A DNA stretch of 64,000 bases, from assembly GCA_943704415.1 (NCBI GenBank), contig CALSCO010000506.1, positions 1 through 64,000 of the forward strand. Direction: 5' to 3'. Shown piece by piece: positions 30,062 through 40,454 of this stretch. The translations under genes and the position numbers were made by a program. Origin of the DNA: Parvularia atlantis. Lineage: Eukaryota. Position 1 is the first letter of the stretch. Every line of letters starts with the position of its first letter. The notes under the pieces are model-generated. The model worked only from the letters and a program-made list of their open reading frames with translations, ran no database searches and was not told the origin of the DNA.

Positions 30062-32674
30062 ATGGCGCCCGACCGCCGCCGCCCGCACCGCCTCCACGAC
30101 GTCTCGGTCATCGACTTTGGCGCGCTCTCGGCCGTGTCGCTGATGCCGCGCTGGCTGCTGCCGCGCACCGCCGCCGCCGCGTCCGTCTCGCCCGCGCGCA
30201 AGGAGGACCTGGGCGCGTTTGGCGACAACAGCGCCGCGCTCGATCCGTACGACACCGACATCCAGGGCACGGGCCTCGGCCGGTCGGGCAGCGCCACGGC
30301 AGCGACGGCGGCGGGCGCGGCGGCCAGCGGCGACGGCGCCGGCGGGTGGCTGACGGGCGTGCTGACGGCAACGCAGAAGATGGCCGCCGTGCAGTGGCCA
30401 TTCTTCAGTGTCGGCCGTACGAGCAGGTGCTCTCGATGTGCCGCTGATCGCTGCTGCGTCGTCTTGACACGCGCGCGGCGCTCGTGGCGCAGCATTGACT
30501 CGACCCTGATCGGACCCAGCAGCACCTCCGGCAGCGGCGACGCCTCGATCGACGACAGCGAGGGCGCCGCCGACGACGACGATGACGATGAGGCCACGCC
30601 GACCAACAGCGGCCTCGGCGCTGCGTTCGTCACAACCGGAAGTGTCAGTGAGCACCACTACGAAGAGCGCCTGCGGGCGTCGTCGAGCGACTCGGCCCTG
30701 CGCGACGCGCTCGTGTTCAGCGCGATGATGTTCTGCTACTGGGACAACACCGTCGGCCCGTTCATCGAGTGGGTGTGTCCGCCGTTGGTCGCGCCTTGCA
30801 CCGTCGCACGACCCATGATCTACGCCGCGCAGACGTGGCCCGACGAGAGCATGGTCAACAACGAGCAGATGGTCTACGTCTCGCGCTACACGCTCAACAG
30901 CGAGGTTGGGCGCAGCGGCGACCTGAAGGACGCCATCGAGATTAAGTTCACCGTGCTCGGCGACAACCGTGCGCGCCGTATCGCGCTGCGCCGCTTGTGT
31001 GCCGCTCACGCGTGGGTGCGCGTGCATGCCCAGACCTGGCCATCTGCGCGTTCGTCTTCACGGGGCAGAAGCCGCCGTCCGGGTCGTCCAAGCACGCTCT
31101 GTGCCTCGTCATGCCCGAAAACAACGTCTCGCGCTTCCTCGTCTATTACCCGATCCTGGCGCGGAGGATACCGCCGATCCTGGAGCGGTGCGTTGTGCGC
31201 CGCCTGTGCCGTCTGCCGCTGCTCACCGCTTGCACCGCGCGCAACGTAGCTTCCGTATCCTGCAGGCAACGCGGGTGCGTGTGAGCGCGCGTCGCTGGCG
31301 TGCAGTACGCTGACGATCGCGACGCAGCTCAACCACCAGGCGGCCATGGAGCTGCTGTCGTCGCAGCTGCTGCAGCTCACGATGGGGTTACAGGTGCACG
31401 TGTGCAATGTCACGCGCCGTTGCTGAGCACGTGCGCAGGACCTGGTCAAGTATTCGCTGCCGACCGAGATTCGCATCAAGGACACGATATTTGGCGCAAA
31501 CGCGACCATGGAGAAGGACAAGGCGTTCCTGCGGCGCATGCTCACGTCATTCCTGAAGACGCACGGCTTTGCGATCGTCATCGGCGACGACGTGTCGACG
31601 ATCAACATGGTTTGCGCGCAGGCGGCACTGCCATGCATGCGCGTTTGGCTGAGCGCCTGCCCCGCCGGCAGATCATCTGCACGCTTGCGCTGTTTCTGTC
31701 ACCGCAGGAGCGTCGGCGGTGCCGCCTCGCGCACCCAGACTGCCGCACGGTCACGCCGGAGCTGCGCCTGCAGGGTGTGGTGCAGCAGGTGCGCGCCGGC
31801 CGGGCTACGTGTCGTCGCGGGCCTGCCTGACGCATGGCGTGCGCAGGATATCGCCGAGCAGGTCCTGCTTGAGTACTCGTTCCCGATCACCATCGTCGAC
31901 CTGCGGAGCAGCAAGGTTGAGCACGCGCCGATCTACCACGAGTACGTCATGGTGCGCAAGCAGTGGCACGAGGCCGAGCGCAAGCAGCTGGTCGACACGG
32001 GCGCGATCGATGCGTCGGCGCTCATCACCATCTCCCAGTGCGCGCACGCCCTGCCGCGTTGCACCTGCTCACGTGAAGCGGCGCGCAGGGGGCGGCTGCT
32101 CGACCCTGTGAAGGAGGGCGCGCCGTTCGTGGACGCGCTGCTGACCGAGGTGCTGCCGTGCCTGCGCCGCTGTGCGCTGACACGCACGAGGCGCACAGAT
32201 TGCCAAGCTGCCGTTCGCCCTGCGCAAGACGTACATCGCGGACTTTTCGCGTGTGATGACGCGGCGTGCCGTCGCGCTGCTCAAGTACTGCGCGGCCGAG
32301 ACGTGCGCGCCCGCCCTTGAGCCAGCGCCAAGGCTAACGACGCACGCTCGGCAGGGCGGCGCTGCCTGAGAAGATGCTGACGCAACAGGCCGTGCGCAAG
32401 ATCCGCGGCGACCTCGGCCTGTCGGACAACAACCTCTTTCTGTGCGTTGCAGCACGCGCGCGCGCGGTGCGAGAGGGTCTCATGCTGCGCCGCGGCGTAC
32501 AGGAGCGTGCTCGCGGTGGCCGAGCGCATGCACCGGGGCATCTTTACGCAAATGATCGAGGACCCGATCTCGATGGAGGAGCGCTTCCGCGAGATGCTCG
32601 GTGCGCGCTGCGCCGCCTGCGCGGGGCGTGGGGAGCCTGACGGCACCGCGCGCGCGCACACAGCCACCTTTTAA
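30062..32674 (+). CDS. C9orf72: C9orf72 homolog (DENN-like GEF/GAP subunit), multi-exon; the 5' end is uncertain and may extend to about 29774
   Basis: FCYWDNTVGPFIEW, VSRYTLNSEV, IEIKFTVL, FLRRMLTSFLKTHGFAIVIG, LRLQGV and YSFPITIVDL match the C9orf72 longin/DENN blocks. Confidence 0.85.
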
Positions 32675-32748
32675 TTGTGCCATTTCGAGCCTGAGCCGCT
32701 GAGCACGTTTGTGACTGGCAAAGAAAGAGAAACAGAGAGAAAGGATCA

Positions 32749-35517
32749 TCACGACGCACGCCGGGCGCTGCGGTACAGGCCGATGTCGGTCAGCACGACG
32801 GTCTGCGTGCGTACAAAGGCGGCGTCGGCGCCGTTCGTGTCCAGGCTGATGACGAGCTCGACGACGTCGAGCCGCGCGATCTCCGCGTTGGTCAGCGGCG
32901 TCACAAGGTCCTCGACGCCGATGCGCGCGCTGCCCGGCACGAGCTGCGTCGGCTCGAGCCCGCTCGTCTTCCACAGCTGCACAAAGTACGGCGGCGCGAT
33001 GGGCCAGGTCGCCGTGGCCGAGGTGAGGTTGCCGTCGGCGCTGCGCAGGCGGAGCGTGGCCGTGGTGCGGTCGAGCGCGATGGCGAAGCGTGGATCGATC
33101 GCGGCGGCGAGGGCGATCGTGTCGGTGCGGGCGAGGCTGAGGCCTGGTAGGCTGAGGCGGTACGTGCCCGCGCCCTGCAAGAACACGCCGTTGGCGTCCT
33201 GGTCAGGCGTGCGGGCGGGGAAGCGCAGGAACAGGCGGGCCTCGTGCCAGCCGTCGAAGCCGGCGGTCTGGGCGGTGCCGCCGGGCCACGACGTCGACGT
33301 GAGGTCGTCATCCTCGGTGAACGTGGCGAGGGCCTCGAAGCCGCGCGTGGTGCAGCGCGAGACCGCGCGCACGCCCTCGGGCAGGGCGCCGGCCCCCTCG
33401 GCGTCGCAGAGCGGGGCCGTGTCGCGCGTGAGCAGGGCCGTGGTGAGCGTCTTGGTCAGCTCGCGCTGCGCCTCGCCGCTGATAAAGTCGCCGCGGTGGC
33501 GCGCCCAGGCAAACAGGCCCGTTGCACCCTGGTCATACACGCCCCAGTCGGTGTTGAACTGGCCGTGGTTGGCGCCCGCGACAAAGACGGCGCTCTTGGC
33601 GTCGGGCGGGTTGCGCACGCGATTGAACTGGGTCAGGCCGCGAAAATCGAGCACGTCCGAGTCGTGCGCGCCCTGGATGCTGAGGAAGTTGACGCCGTCG
33701 AGTGCGGCCGCGTTGCCGGCCGGGAGCCAGTCGCGGTCGTTGCCGCCGAGAGCGATGAGGCTGTCGACGCGCAGGCCGGCGTAGGCGGCGAGGCTGACGC
33801 GGCCGTTGCGCGGCACAACGGGCAGGGCCGTGAACTGCGCCGCATGCACGACGGCCTCGCCGCCGCGGCTGTGGCCGGCCAGGTGGAAACTGTTGCGCAC
33901 GCGGCCGAAGAAGCGGTGGCTCGCAGTCTCATTCCAGCGGCGCAACTGCGCCATGTGCTCGAGCAGAACGAGCGCGCGCGCGGGGTACTCGACGTCGGCG
34001 CTCCACGGCGCCGCCGTGAGGCTGTCGATCATGTTGCCGTTGAGGAAGTTCTCGTCCACCGACGCCGCGATGAAGCCGTGCCCGGCCCAGTGCTGCGTCA
34101 GGTACTCGTAGCCGCGGTCGGAGAAGTCCGTCATCTCATGGTTGCCGTGCACGATCAGCACGACGGGGAAGGTTGCGCCGTTGGGCGCGCTCGGCAGCGT
34201 GTCCGGGTAGTGCACGTACGCGTTGAGCGGCACGGCCCTCTCGCTGAAGCCCCAGAACCACGTGCGCACGGCCGAGAACGTGATGAACGCGCTCAGGTCG
34301 AGCGGCGGCGTGCGCGCGTCGCCGGCCAACTGCCCGCCAAACTCGGCGCGGTGCTGATCGGCACCTGAGCCGTAGGCCCACGCGACGGCGTCGTACGGCG
34401 GCGGGTCAGCGACGAGCAGGCCGGGCGCAGCGGGCTGCGAGACGCCGTAGCCCGGGAAGGCGAGGACGACGGTGAAGGCGGCGGCGAGAGCGAGGCCGAG
34501 CAGCAGGCAGAGAGTGGCGAGGGCGAGCTCGCAGATGGGCAAGCGGGCGTCGCCGCTGTCGTCGTCGGCGTCGTCGCCGGCGACGTTGACGGGGCCCACG
34601 AGCATGTCGTCGATCTCGCCCATGATGCTGACCTCGAGGAGGCGGAGCTTGCGCCGCTGGCGGCCGCGCGCGTCGGTGCAGCGGTGGACGAACCACGCGA
34701 CGGCGCCGACGATGCAGATGAGCGCGAAGAGCAGGACGAGGGCGAGGATCGTGAAGTTGCTCTGGCCGGCGGCGCTCACGAGGACGAGGCCGAGGACGAG
34801 GATCGCGGCGACGGTGGTGGACGCACCGCTCCAGAGGTCGATGTCGTGCAGGGCGGCTCGGAGCGCGCCGGCGACGGCCCAGACGAGGACGATGAGCAGG
34901 GGCGAGGCGGCGGTGATGATGGTGACGCCGATGAGCGCGCTCTGCAGCTGCGCCCACGCGTCCTGGTACAGCCCGACCATCGCCGCCAGCTGCGCCGCGA
35001 GCACGTACACGGCGAGCCAGAGCACGACGCGGTGGGCCTGCAGTGTGTCGGGCCGGGTGCGCACGAAGCCGGCAAGCGTCGCGGCGATGCGCTGCCACAG
35101 CGCCGGCGCCGTGCCGCGCGCGACGACGTCGGCGTCGGCGGGGTCGATGGCATCTGCCGGGCGCGGGCGGTTCGCGACGACGCGCCACGCGTTGACGAGC
35201 GCGTACAGCGCGGCGACGACGACGCCGAGCACGAGCACGCCCAGCACGGGCGGCGCCAGCGCCGGCGTCAGGCCCGGCTCGCCCGCCACCGCCGCCACGG
35301 CCGCGGCAAGCAGCACGAGCGCGGCCACGAGCTGCGCCGCGGCGAAGCGCTGGCGGGCGACGCGCGCCGCCTCGGCCGCGGGCACGTCGGCGACCGCGCC
35401 GAACGGGCCGGCGAGCGTGCCGGCCGCGCCGCCCTCGTCGTCCTCCACCAGCGACGTCGCGCCGCGCCCACGGCGGCCCGTCTGACCGGGCAGCAGCGGG
35501 TCGTTGAGCTTGTCCAT
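32749..35517 (-). CDS. Multi-pass membrane protein fused to a bacterial-type alpha/beta hydrolase, intronless, about 920 aa
   Basis: About 7 hydrophobic helices precede PVVLIVHGNH...SDRGYEYL...GFIAASVDENFLN, the nucleophile elbow GHSRGGEA, QGAHDSDV and GANHGQFNTDWG (Ser-Asp-His triad). Confidence 0.88.
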   Translation of the reverse strand: MDKLNDPLLPGQTGRRGRGATSLVEDDEGGAAGTLAGPFGAVADVPAAEAARVARQRFAAAQLVAALVLLAAAVAAVAGEPGLTPALAPPVLGVLVLGVVVAALYALVNAWRVVANRPRPADAIDPADADVVARGTAPALWQRIAATLAGFVRTRPDTLQAHRVVLWLAVYVLAAQLAAMVGLYQDAWAQLQSALIGVTIITAASPLLIVLVWAVAGALRAALHDIDLWSGASTTVAAILVLGLVLVSAAGQSNFTILALVLLFALICIVGAVAWFVHRCTDARGRQRRKLRLLEVSIMGEIDDMLVGPVNVAGDDADDDSGDARLPICELALATLCLLLGLALAAAFTVVLAFPGYGVSQPAAPGLLVADPPPYDAVAWAYGSGADQHRAEFGGQLAGDARTPPLDLSAFITFSAVRTWFWGFSERAVPLNAYVHYPDTLPSAPNGATFPVVLIVHGNHEMTDFSDRGYEYLTQHWAGHGFIAASVDENFLNGNMIDSLTAAPWSADVEYPARALVLLEHMAQLRRWNETASHRFFGRVRNSFHLAGHSRGGEAVVHAAQFTALPVVPRNGRVSLAAYAGLRVDSLIALGGNDRDWLPAGNAAALDGVNFLSIQGAHDSDVLDFRGLTQFNRVRNPPDAKSAVFVAGANHGQFNTDWGVYDQGATGLFAWARHRGDFISGEAQRELTKTLTTALLTRDTAPLCDAEGAGALPEGVRAVSRCTTRGFEALATFTEDDDLTSTSWPGGTAQTAGFDGWHEARLFLRFPARTPDQDANGVFLQGAGTYRLSLPGLSLARTDTIALAAAIDPRFAIALDRTTATLRLRSADGNLTSATATWPIAPPYFVQLWKTSGLEPTQLVPGSARIGVEDLVTPLTNAEIARLDVVELVISLDTNGADAAFVRTQTVVLTDIGLYRSARRAS

Positions 35518-35617
35518 CCTGGCTGCGGGCGGTGAATTCCCACAATGGAAGTCGGCACGTGATGTCGAACGTCGAAAGTATGACACTGTGCCGTTTATTA
35601 TTGTTCACGGAGCCGCC

Positions 35618-38198
35618 ATGGAAGAGACGCGAGCAGAGGCGCGCATCGAGCGCGTCGTGGGCGGCAAGCGCCTGGGCTTCATCGCGGCGGCCGCGTCGGT
35701 GCTCGCGACGACGCGCGCTGACCAGAACGAGGCCGAGCGCTCGGTCGAGCAGCAGACGCAGCTGTGCGTCAGATGCGCAACGACGTGCGGCGGGCGCTCA
35801 CGGACGGCGGCGGCGGCGGCGGCAGGCTGCGCGGGCGCCAAGACACGATCTGGAGCGTGATCACGCGCGCTGATCTGCAGCACCTGCGCGACATGATCCG
35901 CGAGGACCCAAGCGTGCTGCGCGCGCGTGGCGCCGTGGGCGAGTGCGTTCGGATTGCACTCGCGCTGGCGCACCGGGCGCTGACAGCCCGCGCACACCCC
36001 AGACTACCGCTGCACATGTGCTTCATCTACGGCACGCCCGCGCATAAGGAGCTTGCGCGCGAGATTGTGCAGCACGCGCCCGAGTCGATCTGCGGCGTGT
36101 ACGAAGGCAGCGAGTACGCGGGCGAGAACTGCCTGCACATCGCCATCGTCAACCGCGACCTCGAGATGGTACGCTTCCTGGTCGAGCGCGAGCCGGCGCT
36201 GCTGCGCGGGCGCGCCACGGGCCTGTTTTTCCAGAGGGGCAAGCCGTGCTACGTGCGTGCTTCCGCGGAGTGAGGGTTCGTGCGCGCTCACACGACGGCG
36301 CGCGCGCAGTACGGCGAGTCGCCGCTCTCGTTCGCCGCGTGCACCAACCAGGGCGAGATCGTGCGCTACCTACTCGACCAGGGCGCCGACATGACCTTTG
36401 CGGACACGAACGGTGCGCATGCATGATGCAGCACACGCGCAGGACGCACTCACACGCGCACGCGTGGCCGCGCCCGCCCGCCAGGCAACACGGTGCTGCA
36501 CATGATGATCATCCACGACCGCACCGACATGTACGACACGCTCTGCAGCGAGTGGGAGGCGCGCCGCGCGCCCACGCACGCCGGCACCGATCTGGGTTGG
36601 ATGGCCAACGCCGACCGGTACACGCCCTTCACCCTGGCCGCGGCCCTGGGTAAGAAGGAGTTTTTCTCGCACATCCTCGAGAAGCAGCGCATCGTCCAGT
36701 GGTCGTACGGGCCCGTCACCTGCGCGCTCTACCCGCTGGACCAACTCGACACGGGCTTCCAGCTGGCCAAGAGCGCGGGCACGCGCGGCGCTGACGAGCT
36801 GCCGTCGGCGATCGAGGTCATCATCGAGAAGGACCAGGCCGAGCTGCTCAACATCCCGCGCATCAACGAGCTCCTGCGCAAGAAGTGGGCGCGCTTCGCC
36901 GAGCGCGAGTTCCTCTTCCGCGGCCTCTCGACCCTGCTGTACTTGCTTGTCTTCACCACGACGACGGTCCTGCGCCCGGCCGAGGGCGTCGAGCGCAGCG
37001 CGTTGACGCCCGCGGGCTTTGCGCTCGTGCTGGGCGAGATCGTGACGGTCGTCGGCGGCGTGTACAAGTTTGCGCGCGAGCTGCGCGAGATCCGCGTGCA
37101 GGGTGTGCGCGCGTACCTGGGCGGCTCGGGCGCGGCCTTCCTCGAGAACTTCCTCTCGTCCACGTTCTGCTTCATGCTCTTCGCCGCGGTCGCCTTTGGT
37201 GTTGTGCTGCCGCACATGCAGGACGCGGCGTGGGCGCTCGCAGGCGTGTTTGGCTGGAGCTACACGCTCTTCTTCCTGCTCGGCTTCCGCCTGACGGGCC
37301 CGTTTGTGCTGATGCTCTACCGCATGATCCTGACCGACTTTACGCGCTTCTTCCTCATCTTTGCCGCGTTCCTGATGGGCTTCTCGCACGCGTTCTACGG
37401 TGCGTGCGGTCATCGTGCGGCTGCGCGGATGATGGCTCACGTTCGGCTGGGTGCAGTCATCTTCAACGACCGCGAGGGCTTTGCTAGCTTTGGCCACCGC
37501 ATCAAGGCGTACGTGTGCGACGCACGTGCTTGCAGGCCGGGCGCTGACCCTTGCGCAGGTGCTTCGAGGCCATGCTCGGCGGCTTTGAGTTTGAGGACTA
37601 CCTGACGACACGCTACCCGGCCGTGTCGGTAACGCTGCTGGTAGTCTACGTGCTCGTCGTGGCCATCCTGCTGCTCAACATGCTCGTGGCCATGGTGCGC
37701 GCGCGGCTTCGCATGGGCCCGCTCGCCGCTCATGCGCGGGTGCGTTCTCGCGCGGCAGATGGGCGACACGTACAGCAAGATTATCGAGGACGCGGACAAG
37801 CAGTGGCAGCTCGAGGCACGCGCTTGCTCTGTCCTGCCCTGCACGGCGCCGTGTGACCGCGCTCTTGCGCTCTTGCGCTCTTGCGCTCGCAGTGGGCGCG
37901 CATCATCTGCTCGCTCGAGAACGAGATGAGCGAGCAGGAGCGCTCGCGCCCGTCGTTCAAGTACTGGGTCGAGCTCGACGGCAAGACGTACATCCAGGTG
38001 CAAGAGTCGAACGAGAGGCACTTTGACCAGGCGGCCGAGGTGGCTGCCGCCGCCGCCGCGCCCGCGCCCGCGCCCGCGCCGAGCGCCCTCGACCGGCTGC
38101 TTGAGGGCCAGCGCGCGCTCGCGGCCGAGGTCGAGGCCCTGCGCGCGCAGCTCCGGGCACTGCAGGGCGACGGCGTTAACGTGATTGCTTTGTCGTAG
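35618..38198 (+). CDS. TRPV-family cation channel (ankyrin repeats + 6TM + TRP helix), multi-exon
   Basis: Contains YAGENCLHIAIVN, ATGLFF...CYYGESPLSFAACTNQ, GNTVLHM, WSYGPVTCALYPL, LTGPFVLMLYRMILTDFTRF and LLNMLVAMMGDTY...WQLEWARII. Confidence 0.95.
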
Positions 38199-38248
38199 CG
38201 GGCGGGCAGGTGTGTGGCTGCAGCGTCGCTACTTTGTGAGCTGTGCAG

Positions 38249-39828
38249 ATGCGCCCACCCAAACCGCTCGCCGGCGTGCTCGTGGTCGCGCTCGAGCAGG
38301 CCGTGTCGGCGCCGCTGTGCACGCGGCACCTGGCCGAGCAGGGCGCGCGCGTGATCAAGCTCGAGCGCACAGGCGAGGGCGACTACCTGCGCACGCTCGA
38401 CCGGGCCATGCACGGCATGTGCAGCCACTTTGTCTGGGCCAACCGCGGCAAGGAGTCGCTCGCGGTCGACGTGAAGCATCCGGACGGTGCGGCGCCGCGT
38501 GTTGCACGTCGCTGTTGCACGCTGCGTGCGCGCTGAGCGGCTCATGCGATGCCGCAGGCCGGCGCGTCGTCGAGCAGCTGATGGCCAAGGCCGACGTCGT
38601 CGTCCAGAACCTCGCGCCGGGCGCGACCGAGCGGCTCGGGCTCGACGGGGCGACGCTCGCACGCCGGCATCCGTCGCTCGTGTGCTGCACCATCTCGGGC
38701 TACGGCGCGCACGGGCCGTACGCGAGCAAGAAGGCGTACGACCTGCTGATCCAGGCTGAGACGGGCCTGCTGGACGTGACGGGCACGCCGGACACGCCGA
38801 GCAAGGCGCGCCGCTCGCTCGCGCGCACACGCTCCGTGCTCACTCACGCGCTGCGCCACCCAGGTCGGCACGCCCGTGGCCGACATCGCCAGCGCCATGT
38901 ACGCCTACTCGGGCATCCTCGCGGCCCTGTACCGGCGCGGCGCGCAGCCCGGGCGGCCGGGCGCCAACTTCGACGTGTCGATGCTGGACGCGCTCGGCGA
39001 CTGGATGGGCTGGGTGCGGCGCTGCGCGGAAGGCACGGCACGGCACGGCGCGCGCTGACGCCCTCTGGTGCAGATCTACGGCTTCACGCAGTACGGCGGC
39101 GGGACGGTGCGGCGGCACGGCGCGTCCCACGCGGCGATCGCACCGTACGGGCCGTTCGCGGTCGGCCCGGGCGGGCGCGAGCGTGTGATGCTCGCCGTGC
39201 AGAGCGGGCGCGAGGTGCGTGGGCGCATGTCCTTGCGCATGTGTTTGCTCATCGGTCGTGCGCGCGTGCAGTGGAAGGCGTTCTGCGCGACCGTGCTCGA
39301 GCGGCCGGCCCTGGCCGAGCACGCCGACTACATTGACCAGCCGGCACGCGTGCGCAACAAGGCCGCCCTGCAGCGTGTGATCGAGGACGTCTTTGCACCG
39401 CTGTCGGTGAGCGAGGTCGTGGCGCGCCTGGAGCGGTGCGACAAGCGCGATGGCAGGGCGCGGCTGCTGACGGCGAGTACCCGTGCAGCGCCGGCATTGC
39501 CTACAGCGAGTACCGCACGGCGCAGGATGCGGCCAGCCACCCGCAATGGGCCGCGCGGCAGCACTGGGGCACGGCACCGTCGCCCGTTGGACCGCTGCAA
39601 GGTGCGGCCGCTGCGACAAGCTCGGCGCTGCTGACCGCATGCGACGCAGCGCTGCGCCCGGTCGTGGCGCTCGATCAGCATGATGACGCGGAGCTCGGCG
39701 CCGTGCCCGACGTCGGGCAGCACACGCAAACGATCCTCGAGGGCGACCTCGGCTTCACGGCTGCGCAGATCACGGACCTCGCGCGCAGCGGGGCGGTAGG
39801 CGTGGCCGGCGCAGACGGCTCTGCGTGA
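38249..39828 (+). CDS. Family III CoA-transferase (CaiB/BaiF), multi-exon
   Basis: Contains PLAGVLVVALEQAVSAPLCTRHLA, FVWANRGKESL, ADVVVQNLAPGA, ISGYG...KKAYDLLIQAETG, IAPYGPF and VPDVGQHT. Confidence 0.93.
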
Positions 39829-39862
39829 GACACCTGAGACAACAGAACAGACCGGCACTGGC

Positions 39863-40440
39863 TCAGGCCTGGCCCGACGACATGTCCTGCATCGGGGAGC
39901 CAGCGGGCGCGCCCGGAGGGGCGTCGCGCTGCGTCTGGGGCTGCGCGCGCCCCAGGGCCTCGGGCGCCCGTACGTGTACAAGCTTGTCGGCTGCACGATA
40001 ACCGAGTTGACCGGGGCACTTCACAGCCGGCGAGCGCGCACGGAGGTTGCACAGGTAGCCGTGTTGGATGACGACGTCCGAGTCGTGGGCGGGAGCAGCT
40101 GCGGTACACGGTGATAGCGCAGAGGACGGCGACGACCACACACGCGAGCAGGATGAAGAACTGGCGCAGCGGTAAGTGCTCGCAGAGCGCAGACGGCCGA
40201 TGACAAAGGAACGACGACCAAGAAGGACCACTGGCAGTACGGCAAGTCCGAGCCGCAAGTGAGGCGGCGCAGTGCACGTGGCGCCGGTGCGCTCGTTCAC
40301 AACGGTGAAGTCGCCCTGGCTGCAGCCGATGAAGGTGCTCTTGCTGCCAAGGCACAGGCCTTCGGAGGTGAAATCTGGTTGCGGGCCCGCAGAGTACTGC
40401 TGCTGGCGACAGAACCCTTCCAGTCCCCTTTCGCTTGGCG
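39863..40440 (-). pseudogene. Possible degraded fragment of a Cys-rich single-pass membrane gene
   Basis: Coding-like blocks (GLCLGSKSTFIGCSQGDF...TC; PYCQWSFLVVVP; FFILLACVVVAVLCAITVYR) lie in different frames, and no usable start is seen downstream of the GST stop. Confidence 0.3.
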
Positions 40441-40454
40441 CAACCGACGCGATC

